Source: an uncultured Gemmatimonadales bacterium
GTDB taxonomy: Bacteria; Gemmatimonadota; Gemmatimonadetes; Gemmatimonadales; JACORV01
Length of the DNA: 64,000 bases
Direction: 5' to 3'
Assembly: GCA_963835535.1 (NCBI GenBank)
Contig: CAWIFL010000002.1
Span: 649,011-713,010 of the forward strand
Within the stretch, counting starts at the first letter, position 1; each line of letters opens with the position of its first letter. The notes beneath the pieces are model-generated. The model was given only the letters and a program-made list of their open reading frames with translations. It searched no databases and was not told the DNA's origin. Below are positions 49,025 to 57,889 of this stretch, piece by piece. A program made the translations under genes and the position numbers.

Positions 49025-50511
49025 TCATCGGCGGGCGCCGAAAAGGCGATGCCCGGCGAAGCGGGCACAGGCCCCCAGCAGCGTCTCGTCGTCGTGGCCG
49101 ACCAGGCGAGAGAGCGCGCGCGGGGGACCGGAGACCGCCTCGCGGCACTCAAGCACGCGGTCGCGTTCCGCGTCCCTGCGCTGCGCCAGGCGCCGCGTCA
49201 CGGCCGCCTTCGGCCCGGCGACGAGGCGCGCAACCAGTGCCGCGACCGATCGGACCTGCAAGCGCCGCCCAGCCCGGCGCGCCTCGCGGTGGCAGTATGC
49301 GCCCGCGTCCGCTCGCAGCCGGCCCCGGAGCGCCCGCGCGGCCTCGGGCGGCGGGGCAGCCGCCGCGGCACGCTCCTCCAACACGCGCCACACCCGCTTC
49401 GACGCCTGGCCGTCAATCGGCCCCAAGTAGGCCTCAACGAACGCCATCCGGTCACGCTCCTGTGCCTTGGTCGGCAGCCTCGGCTCAACGTCTCGCAGAC
49501 GGCGCCCCAGGTCCTCGGCGGAGACGGCGACCTCAATGCAACCGTCCAGTTCGTGGTAGGGGAGCAGGAGTCCCTTGACCCGCTGGACGGCGTCGGTCCA
49601 GAACGTGTACACGACCCGCTTGCCCGCAGCCATCGCCTCCGCGAGCGCCGTCGTCTGGAAACCCACGACGACGTCGCTGGAAACGATCAGCTCCCGCGTG
49701 TCTGCGTCCCCGGGGAGGAGCGTCACTCGCGGCACGCCGTCGATCCGCCGATGAATCCCCTCCAGCATCTCGGCGTTGTGCTGGGGATGGGGCTTCATGA
49801 GCACCTCCACCCGCCCTTCCGCAGCGACGTTGCGGAGAACTGCCTCGGTCTCGCGATACATCGCCTCCCAAGGCCGGTGCGCAGCGCCGAGCCCCCGCTC
49901 CTCGTCGTAGGCGTCGAGGTCGTAGCACAGGAAGAGAACGCGGTGCCCCCCCCCGCCGCGCGCCGCGGCCAGCGCTCCGGATGCCGATAGTAGTCGAAGC
50001 GCGGCTGCCCGGCCACCGCAACCTGCTCAGGCTCCGCACCGGCCGCCACCCAGAACACCTTCGACTTCTCGCAGCACGTGGTCATCCAGTCGCCCTTGAA
50101 GGGGAACCACCGGCGCATCTCCCCGGCGTGCTTGGCCAGCGAGGTGGCGGAGACACCCGTCTCCTTCTGGACGACCACGAAGGGCACTCCCAGCTCGCGG
50201 CAGGCGTCGATCACGTCGCGGATGTAGAAGAACGTATCCGATGGCGAGACGAACAGCTCGAAAGGGAAGACGCGATAGAGGTCCCGCAGGAGCTCAAAGG
50301 CCAGCGTCCGGTAGCGCGTGCGCGCTTCCGCGTATTCCGCCGCGTGGTAGCGAGCGAGGTCGCTGCCCCACACGTCCCGCGGGAAAAAGCGCTCCGCCAC
50401 CCGGGCGAAGTACATCGGTGACACAGTGCGGATCACGTGCCGCCCGTCGTCCGCGAGCTGCAGCTCCACGATGTCCTGCGCGAAGTGATGGTCCAGGATG
50501 AGAACGTTCAT
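49025..50511 (-). CDS. Capsule-polysaccharide-biosynthesis-type GT-B enzyme (KpsS/KpsC-like) 2; frameshift in a C9 run
   Basis: The N-terminal ORF starts at ATG 50511 (MNVLILDHHF...SPSDTFFYIRDVIDACRELGVPFVVVQKE). The C-terminal ORF 49025-49861 contains VLMKPHPQ. The frames join exactly at the C9 run 49946-49954 (...RRAAGGG | HRVLFLCYDLDAY...). Confidence 0.45.
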
Positions 50512-50518
50512 GGCCACC

Positions 50519-52039
50519 TCAAGAACGCGCGGGAGCGACCCGCAACCCCACGAGCGAACGCAACAGCGCGCGCTCCGGCGCGTCGGTCCCGATGGTGACA
50601 AAGAGCGCGGCTGCCAAGACCAACGCCCCGCCGCCGTACGCCGCCGCGAGCACCAACGTGTCCGCCGGGCGCACGATGCTGAGGCCGCCAACCACTGCTG
50701 CGCCGATCAGCGCTGGCGGGTACGCCCTCACAAGCACCTGCTGGGCCAGCTCCTTCACACCGATGTCTAGGGTCCGCAGGCACAGCCGGAGGTAGAGGAC
50801 CGACGAGACCGAGTTGCCGACCAGAGTCCCCCACAGCACGCCGGCGATGCCCAGCCACGGGGTTGCCACGATGCTGATCAGTAGGTTCAGCCCGGTCGTC
50901 CAAACGGCGATGCGCACGATGGCGGCGATGCGGTCCATCCCTACCATCAGGTTCCAGCCGACCTGGACCAGCCCGAAGTACAGCGTGTAGACCAGCATCA
51001 GGCGGACTAGGCCGGCGTCCACGGTGAACGCCGGGCCCAGCCAGAGCCGCAACAGGGGGCGTGCCAACACCATGATCACCAGCGAGATGGGCACGGAGAT
51101 CGCCACGGAGTACTTCGTCGCCGTCATAAACAGCTTGCGCAACTGCGGCCGGTCGCCGACGGCGTAGAGCGCCGACGCCCCGGGCATGACCACCGAGCTG
51201 ATGAAGCCGGTGGCGATCAGGGCGAGGGCATGGAACCGAGCAACGACATCGTAGTGGGTCAGCGCAGTCGTGGTCATCATCACGCCGAGGATGGCCTTGT
51301 CCATCTGATTGTATACCAGCCCGTTGATGCGCAACAGCAGCATCTGGCCGGAGACCCGGGCCATCCGCATCACTGCCGGTCCCGACACCTGGCGGGAAAG
51401 GCGCAGCGACGGCAGCAGACGTCGCGCGGCGACACTCGCCGCCAGCAAGTTCGCACCCGACAGCACGAGTACCACGACCCCGAGCATTACGGCCCCCGCT
51501 CCGTTCCGAAGTGCGACCACGGCCGCCACGGCGAAGATCGTGGAGCGGGCCGCGTCGAAGGCCGCCAGCAGGTCGTAACGTTGAAGCCCTTCGATTACGC
51601 CGAGGACAGCCATGGCAGGGAATTCGATGAGCGACTGCAGCGCCATGATCGTCAATAGCACTTCGGCCGTGCGGACGAGCTCGGGCGGGATGTTGAAGGT
51701 CCGCGTAAGGAAGGCGTACGCGAAGACGAGGACGAGGAGCGCCGCGACGACGGCGATAGCGGCGAAGGCCGCCAGCGCCGCACTGAAGAGCACGTTCACG
51801 CGGTCTGTCTCGCCTCGCGCGTGGTGCTCCGCGATTTGCTTGACGAGGGCCCCTTGGATGCCCAATGAGAACAGAGAAAGGTAGCCCGCCACCGAAAACG
51901 AGAGTACGAGGACCCAGACCCCGTAGAGCGCGGCGCCGAGAGACCGGATCAGGAAGGGCGTGAGGATCACGCTGACGGCCATGCGCCAGACGAAGCCGAG
52001 CATCGTGAGCACGGAATTGCTCGCCACCCGCCTCAGCAC
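50519..52039 (-). CDS. Wzx-type polysaccharide flippase (MOP superfamily) 3
   Basis: Intact 506-aa polytopic ORF, beginning MLRRVASNSVLTMLGFVWRMAVSVILTPFLIRSLGAALYGVW. Confidence 0.75.
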   Translation of the reverse strand: MLRRVASNSVLTMLGFVWRMAVSVILTPFLIRSLGAALYGVWVLVLSFSVAGYLSLFSLGIQGALVKQIAEHHARGETDRVNVLFSAALAAFAAIAVVAALLVLVFAYAFLTRTFNIPPELVRTAEVLLTIMALQSLIEFPAMAVLGVIEGLQRYDLLAAFDAARSTIFAVAAVVALRNGAGAVMLGVVVLVLSGANLLAASVAARRLLPSLRLSRQVSGPAVMRMARVSGQMLLLRINGLVYNQMDKAILGVMMTTTALTHYDVVARFHALALIATGFISSVVMPGASALYAVGDRPQLRKLFMTATKYSVAISVPISLVIMVLARPLLRLWLGPAFTVDAGLVRLMLVYTLYFGLVQVGWNLMVGMDRIAAIVRIAVWTTGLNLLISIVATPWLGIAGVLWGTLVGNSVSSVLYLRLCLRTLDIGVKELAQQVLVRAYPPALIGAAVVGGLSIVRPADTLVLAAAYGGGALVLAAALFVTIGTDAPERALLRSLVGLRVAPARS

Positions 52040-52842
52040 GCCAGAGCCCCCCGCTTCCTCAATATGATCGTTCGCAGAAACATCCCCGGGACCGCTTCGC
52101 GAGACTCCTCGTCCTTCGCCACGTCCACGTCGCCTCGGCCCGCGAGCCAGCCCGCGTAGTCGTGATTGTAGATCCTGAAGTCGGCGCCGAGGTGCTCGAT
52201 CCCGGGTGGCTCAGACGGGTTCCGGTACTCCACGAGCACAACGTAGGCGCCGCTCACCCGCAGCAGTTCCTCGAGGCCCCGACGCGCATCCGACGCGGGG
52301 AGATGCATGATCAATGCGGACGTGAACACGACGGAGAACGAAGCGGTGCGGAACGGCAGCGCATACGCGCTGGCGCCCGCGAGCAGAGCCCGCCCGGGCG
52401 CCGAAGCGCAGCGGAGCGCGGCGACCCCGACGTCGATGCCGACGAGCTGTGCCGTGGGGACGCGCTCGGCGAGCAGCGCAAGGTTCGCGCCGAAGTTGCA
52501 GCCGACCTCAAGCACCGACGTCGGGGCGAGCGCAACGAGGTCATCCACCAGGGCGAGGCGCCGTCGGTCCGCGGCGTAGCCGCGGCGATTGCGCTCTGCC
52601 CACGCCGTCGCTGACCGCCTCCACACTGCCTCATCCTCACCCGCTCGCAGGCTGACGCCCACCCACGCGGCAATCCCGGCCTTCGCCGCACGGGCAGCGG
52701 CGCTGACGAAGAGCGTCTCCCCGGCGTAGGCCAGGGCCTCGCCGAGCCCGAGTGGGCGCCGGCAGAGCGCGTATAGGAAACGGTACGCGCGGCGCAGCGG
52801 CGTGATGCGCCGAAGACGGTCGCGCAGCGGTGCGGGCAGCAC
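52033..52842 (-). CDS. Class I SAM-dependent methyltransferase
   Basis: SAM motif I VLEVGCNFGANLALLA, with downstream IDVG and VVFTSALIMHL. Confidence 0.65.
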   Translation of the reverse strand: MLPAPLRDRLRRITPLRRAYRFLYALCRRPLGLGEALAYAGETLFVSAAARAAKAGIAAWVGVSLRAGEDEAVWRRSATAWAERNRRGYAADRRRLALVDDLVALAPTSVLEVGCNFGANLALLAERVPTAQLVGIDVGVAALRCASAPGRALLAGASAYALPFRTASFSVVFTSALIMHLPASDARRGLEELLRVSGAYVVLVEYRNPSEPPGIEHLGADFRIYNHDYAGWLAGRGDVDVAKDEESREAVPGMFLRTIILRKRGALAC

Positions 52843-53024
52843 GGTCCTACCCCGGGGCCCGGAGGGTGCGGCAGCCGGAGTTCTGCCGGATTAGGCGTTC
52901 GAACATCGTGTCCCGGCCGATGCGCGTCGAGACCTTGCGCGGCAGTCGAGTCGAGGTCGTGCGCGCCTGCGCCGGCGCTACCACCCGTCGTGCCGCGCTC
53001 ACCGCCGACCCCACCAGAGAAGCA

Positions 53025-53915
53025 TCACGCCTTGGCCCAGAGACTGGGCACGACGACCGCCTCGGGAAGATCCCGCAGCGCAGCGATCAGCGCCGTCTTG
53101 ATGTCGGGCCAGCCCGGTGGCGGCGGGCTGGAGGCGAAGGAGAGGTCCTCCTCGAGGTGCGCCATCGTGTCGACACCGAACACAATGTGGTCCGCCGGCC
53201 CGTCCAGGGCGAAGCGGAACGCCGCCTCCGCGGGAGAGATGCCGAACCGCACACAGACCCGCTGGAACGCCTTCACGAACGGCCGCGCATGCGCCAGGCG
53301 GTCCGGAACGCTGGCGGGCTCCATGACGACCAGACCCTGGCAGAACGGCGACCGTGCGTACACGCGGGTACCGCGCTCGCGCGCCCGGTCGAACACACCG
53401 GAAGCCGCGAACCGCCGGTCGAAAACCGAATACGGCAACTGCACGATGTCCTGGCCGGGGAGGAGGGCGTCGAACTCGCTCGGGAAGTAGATCGACGCCC
53501 CCACGTGCTGGCAGAGACCCCCGTCACGGGCCGCGAGCAGGGCCGCGACCATTGCGGGGTCCGCGCCGTACTGCGGCGTGTGGAACAGGATGCCGAGCGG
53601 CGACTCGGCGCTCCGCGCCAGGCGCGTGCGGCTCGCCAGGACCTCACTCGCGACCAGGCGGGGGAGGTGGTCGGGGTGCGCCGAGAGGAGCGGCAGCAGT
53701 TTCGTGGTCAGCGGCACCCCTGGTGAGACGGCGCTGCCGATGAGTTCTTCGGCCACGCCGTAGGCCGCGGCCGTGTCCAGCCCGAGCCCGGCCCGTTCCG
53801 CTGCCCGCAGCATTTCGACGCACTCCGCACGCGTCGGGGCCCGCTTCGCGTTAAGTCCGTAGCGGGTGCGGTCATGCCCTCCGAAGGCCGCAGTTCCGAG
53901 GCACAGCCGTCGCAT
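53025..53915 (-). CDS. Aldo/keto reductase family oxidoreductase
   Basis: ATG 53915 (MRRLCLGTAAFGG). LDTAAAYG motif and TIM-barrel-like periodicity. Confidence 0.65.
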   Translation of the reverse strand: MRRLCLGTAAFGGHDRTRYGLNAKRAPTRAECVEMLRAAERAGLGLDTAAAYGVAEELIGSAVSPGVPLTTKLLPLLSAHPDHLPRLVASEVLASRTRLARSAESPLGILFHTPQYGADPAMVAALLAARDGGLCQHVGASIYFPSEFDALLPGQDIVQLPYSVFDRRFAASGVFDRARERGTRVYARSPFCQGLVVMEPASVPDRLAHARPFVKAFQRVCVRFGISPAEAAFRFALDGPADHIVFGVDTMAHLEEDLSFASSPPPPGWPDIKTALIAALRDLPEAVVVPSLWAKA

Positions 53916-53991
53916 CACGCCGTCATCTCCTCCTCCAATCGGGTGGCGGCCCCCCTCGGCGCGCCGCGCTCCGGATCCAAAGCGCCCGGAC

Positions 53992-55049
53992 TCACGCCTC
54001 CCGTACGAGGGGCCAGGACAGAGGCGTACCCCGCGCGATGTCGCACGCCGCCGCCTTGCCGATGACCCCGTCCAAAAACCGGGGGGCCAATCCGTACCCC
54101 GGGCGGATCGATCGAACGTTCCTCGCCGTGAACCGCTGCCCCGCTGCCACATCCTCGACGACGTACAGGGACCGTCGGAGCACGACACTCCCTTCCTCAG
54201 CGACTCCCGGTCCGAACGTCGCACGCCCCAGCATCCCCTCCGCCCGGCGCACCTCGCGCACCAGCTCCCCGAGCTCCGCGGGCTCAAGCGAGAAATGGCT
54301 GTCCACACCCCCGTCCGAGCGCCGCAGCGTCAGGTGCTTCTCCACCAGGCAGGCGCCCAGCGCGACCGCAACCACCGGCGCTAGGTGTCCGCCGCTGTGG
54401 TCGGACAGCCCAACGAGACAGCCCGTCTCGGCGGCGAGCACGGGGATGCTGCGCAGGTTCATCGAGTCGTCGGGAGCGGGATAACTGCTCGTGCACTTGA
54501 GGATCACCACGTCAGCGACCCCTGTTTCGCGCAATACGTCGACCGCGTGCACGATCTCGTCGCGCGTCGCCATCCCCGTCGAGAGGATGACGGGCTTTCG
54601 CGTCTTCGCGACCACCCGCAGGAGTGCGTCGTCCACCAGCTCGAACGACGCGATCTTGTACGCCGGAGCCTCCAGGGCCTCCAGAAACTCCACCGCCGTG
54701 GCGTCGAACGGCGTTGAGAAGATCTCCATGCCGAGGCCGCGGGCCTCAGCGAAAAGCTCCGCGTGCCACTCCCACGGCGTGTGCGCCTCGCCATACAGAT
54801 CGTAGAGCGTCCGCCCCCCCACGGCCCGCCCCCGGGGACGACGAAGTCTGGCTTGGCGCAATCTATCGTAAGAGTGTCCGGCGTATACGTCTGCAGCTTG
54901 ATCGCGTCCACTCCCGCAGCGGCCGCGGCGCGGACGAGCTCAAGCGCGCGCTCGCGGCTTCCGTTGTGGTTGCCGGAAAGCTCGGCAACCAGGAAGGCTG
55001 GTCGCCCGTGGCCCACCGTCCGCTGGCCTATGCTAACCGTGTGTTCCAT
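53992..55049 (-). CDS. pseI: Pseudaminic acid synthase-like nonulosonate synthase (NeuB family); frameshift in a C7 run
   Basis: FLVAELSGNHNGS, DAIKLQTYTPDTLT | TLYDLYGEAHTPWEWH, YKIASFE, PVILSTGMAT, LKCTSSYPAP, GLSDHS and a C-terminal SAF domain. The two ORFs join at the C7 run 54813-54819. Confidence 0.8.
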
Positions 55050-55083
55050 ATCATGCCCGTCGTCCCCAAGAGAGCGAGAACAC

Positions 55084-57111
55084 CTAGTTCAATCGCTTGA
55101 ATGCCGCGTGACATACCGGTCCTTTCAGAAGGCTGATCGCATTCCGACCATTTTCGCACTCTGCGATCAACCCGAATACCGGATCAAGCGCCTCAAAGTA
55201 CCGATCTACAATCGAGCCGGTGTGTTCGACGCAGACATACACAGAGTCCGCCGCCAGGAATCCCTTCTTGAGCATCTCTTGCGTGAGCAAGGTCTTGTAA
55301 GCGAGTGCATTGGCGCTTTGGATAGTAAAGCCGGCCAGGGCGGGCAAGCCCCAGTGACTGATCCTGAGCCCATGCGTGTCCGCCAATTGTTGCCACCGCT
55401 TTCTGACCTGCAGCCCCATCTTGGTGATGGTCTCCCAGGACTTCGTTCGCTCCATCACATCCAGGGTCGCCAGGGCGGCAGTCGGGCCGATGCGCTCGGT
55501 CCAGAACGTGCTGCTGATGAAGGTCTCTTGGGCGGCTTCCATGACTTCACGTTTGCCAATGCACGCTGTGATGGCGTAGCCGTTGCCAAGTGCCTTGCCG
55601 AACATGGCCATATCGGGCTGTACACCGTGTTTCTTGTGCAGGCCACCGAAGGTCTCGCGGAAACCTGACGTGCATTCGTCAAAGATCAGGACAATGCCTT
55701 TGTCCGTGGCCAGCTTGCGGATCTTTTCAAGGAAGCCATCTTCCGGCGCAACGTTGCGGGACACCTCCATCATGATCACGCCGATGTCGTGCTCACGCAT
55801 CAGGCCTTCAAGTTCTGGGAAACTGTTGTAGCGGAACGGCAGCACACTGCCACGGAGGCTCCGAGGAACACCCTTAGGTTGCAGGCCCGGCAACAGATGG
55901 CCGGCGAGGTTCTCTTCGTCCCCCAGGTTGGCGGCAAGATACCAGTCATGCCAGCCGTGGTAGCCGCAAATGGCCACCTTGTCTTTTCCGGAAGCCGCAC
56001 GTGCGATCCGGATGGCGATCGCATTGGCCTCGCCGCCCGAGCGTGCCAATCTCACCATGTCGGCCCAAGGATGCATGGCGACCAAACGTTCGGCCAAATA
56101 GACCTCCTCCGGGCAGTTGAGGGTGGACATGTTGCCGGCGGCAACGGTGCGCTGCACAGCTTCGTCCACTTCCGGATGGCCGTAACCGAGGATATTCGTG
56201 CCGATGCCCATGATCGACATGTCAGTATATTCGCGCCCATCCATATCCCAGACCTTGCAGCCTTTGGCTTTGCTGAAGTAGGCGGGCCATTGTTCTGGCA
56301 AGAACATTTCGGCACGCTTTGATAGCAGCATGTTGCCACCCGGAATCACCCTTTTGGCGCGCTTCCAGAGTTTCTGTCCGGTACTCATCATCGCTCCTTC
56401 GTTGCGACTCAAGCGTTGATTGGCGGCAAAAAGGTCGGGCCTAGCCTTGCGTAATCGCATGACTTCAAGCCAAGAGAAGTCTGTGCGCAGCGCGAAACTC
56501 TCGTAGACGGCCTTGATGACCGCAAGGTCCTCCGGCTCATCGACCGTCCAGCGTTCGCCGGAACAGTCCTCCGTGTGGGAGATGTTGAGGATGCGGAATT
56601 GGCCGGATTCCCGGATATAGGTGGTGACATGCTCGCGTTCGTGCGGCTGGCCTGCCCTTTGCCACGCGGTTCGCAGGGCAGCGAATGTGAATGCCTCGGT
56701 ATCGAGACCATCCGGATAGGTGGGCGGGTTGGTATTGCAGGCGTAATCGGCGCCGCCAGCCTTCAACGGGGCAATGACGCTATCGACAATCTGAGGGTCT
56801 ATTAGCGGACAGTCGCCTGTGATGCGTACCACGATATCCGGCTCACGGACTGCGGCAGCCTGGTAATAGCGATCCAGCACATCGTCTTCGCTGCCCCGAA
56901 AGACGCTGTAGCCAAGCCTGCGAACGTGATCAACCAGCGGCTGGTTGCGAGGGTCTTGTGTGGTGGCGACCACGATCTGGTCGATCTGTTGCGATCTGGC
57001 CAGTCGTCTGAGCAACAACTCAATCATCGGCACCCCACCAATGGGTTGCATGACCTTGCTGGGGAAACGAGTTGACCCCATGCGAGCTTGGACGATGGCA
57101 AGGACTTTCAC
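55084..57111 (-). CDS. Fusion protein: SpsF/CMP-type cytidylyltransferase (N-terminal ~240 aa) plus class-III PLP aminotransferase, glutamate-1-semialdehyde aminomutase-like (C-terminal ~430 aa)
   Basis: The N-terminal domain reads MKVLAIVQARMGSTRFPSKVM...RITGDCPLID. The C-terminal domain reads ARSGGEANAIAIRIARA, DECTSGFR and MAMFGKALGNGY (PLP lysine). Intact 675-aa ORF in the lower-GC block. Confidence 0.75.
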   Translation of the reverse strand: MKVLAIVQARMGSTRFPSKVMQPIGGVPMIELLLRRLARSQQIDQIVVATTQDPRNQPLVDHVRRLGYSVFRGSEDDVLDRYYQAAAVREPDIVVRITGDCPLIDPQIVDSVIAPLKAGGADYACNTNPPTYPDGLDTEAFTFAALRTAWQRAGQPHEREHVTTYIRESGQFRILNISHTEDCSGERWTVDEPEDLAVIKAVYESFALRTDFSWLEVMRLRKARPDLFAANQRLSRNEGAMMSTGQKLWKRAKRVIPGGNMLLSKRAEMFLPEQWPAYFSKAKGCKVWDMDGREYTDMSIMGIGTNILGYGHPEVDEAVQRTVAAGNMSTLNCPEEVYLAERLVAMHPWADMVRLARSGGEANAIAIRIARAASGKDKVAICGYHGWHDWYLAANLGDEENLAGHLLPGLQPKGVPRSLRGSVLPFRYNSFPELEGLMREHDIGVIMMEVSRNVAPEDGFLEKIRKLATDKGIVLIFDECTSGFRETFGGLHKKHGVQPDMAMFGKALGNGYAITACIGKREVMEAAQETFISSTFWTERIGPTAALATLDVMERTKSWETITKMGLQVRKRWQQLADTHGLRISHWGLPALAGFTIQSANALAYKTLLTQEMLKKGFLAADSVYVCVEHTGSIVDRYFEALDPVFGLIAECENGRNAISLLKGPVCHAAFKRLN

Positions 57112-57205
57112 GCCAGCAACTGTGGGGTCCCGCCCGCCGATACCCTGGGTTGCACGGTTGAGTCTCCCATCCTCAACGAGTCTTGAGGTCGGACATTGGA
57201 TCGCA

Positions 57206-57889
57206 TCACCCAGCTGCAGGGTCCGCGCTCAGGGCACCGATGACACTCATGAAATGCCCAAGGTCGGGAATGCAATACCGCGCCTCATAGCCCGGCTTCG
57301 CCTCAGCGTTCCTGTGCGCCCCCGTGAGCACGCGGACCGTATTCATCCGGACTTCGCGCAGGCCAACAAAGTCCTTCGCCGGGTCATCTCCAACGTAGGT
57401 CATGTCCGCCCAGTCGCATCTCTCGGCCTCGCGAATGCGCTCAAAGCAATAGGTTGAAGGTTTAGCATACTGGATGCCATAACGATGAGTAATGAAGATC
57501 CGGCGGAACAGGGGCGCGATTGCCAGAGCTTCAATCTTGTGTTGCTGCACAATCTTGTGGCCATCAGTGACAACATAGAGTGGGTGGCCTTTCAGCTTTG
57601 GCAGCAAGTCCCTTGCATCTGGATAGAGCGACAGGTGTGGCGTATGATGCCGATACGCCCGCACGCATTTGTGCACCAAGCTTCTGCTATAACGACCACG
57701 CGATTCCAGCCAACGATCAAAGATCGCGCCGCGACCTTCACGATCTAGCACATCCAGCATAAAATGAAACGACGCGTCGAGGTCCCAGCCGAACAGGGCA
57801 CGACCGAAAGCCGCGACAGATCTCAGGCCGCTTTCCACGTATGCGCGTTCATCATAAAGCGTATCGTCAAGATCAAAAATCAGAACCAT
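57206..57889 (-). CDS. HAD-superfamily hydrolase/phosphatase
   Basis: ATG 57889 (MVLIFDLDDTLYDE, the DxDxT motif I). VVTDGH (motif II-like) and YVGDDPAKDF (motif IV-like). Confidence 0.7.
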   Translation of the reverse strand: MVLIFDLDDTLYDERAYVESGLRSVAAFGRALFGWDLDASFHFMLDVLDREGRGAIFDRWLESRGRYSRSLVHKCVRAYRHHTPHLSLYPDARDLLPKLKGHPLYVVTDGHKIVQQHKIEALAIAPLFRRIFITHRYGIQYAKPSTYCFERIREAERCDWADMTYVGDDPAKDFVGLREVRMNTVRVLTGAHRNAEAKPGYEARYCIPDLGHFMSVIGALSADPAAG

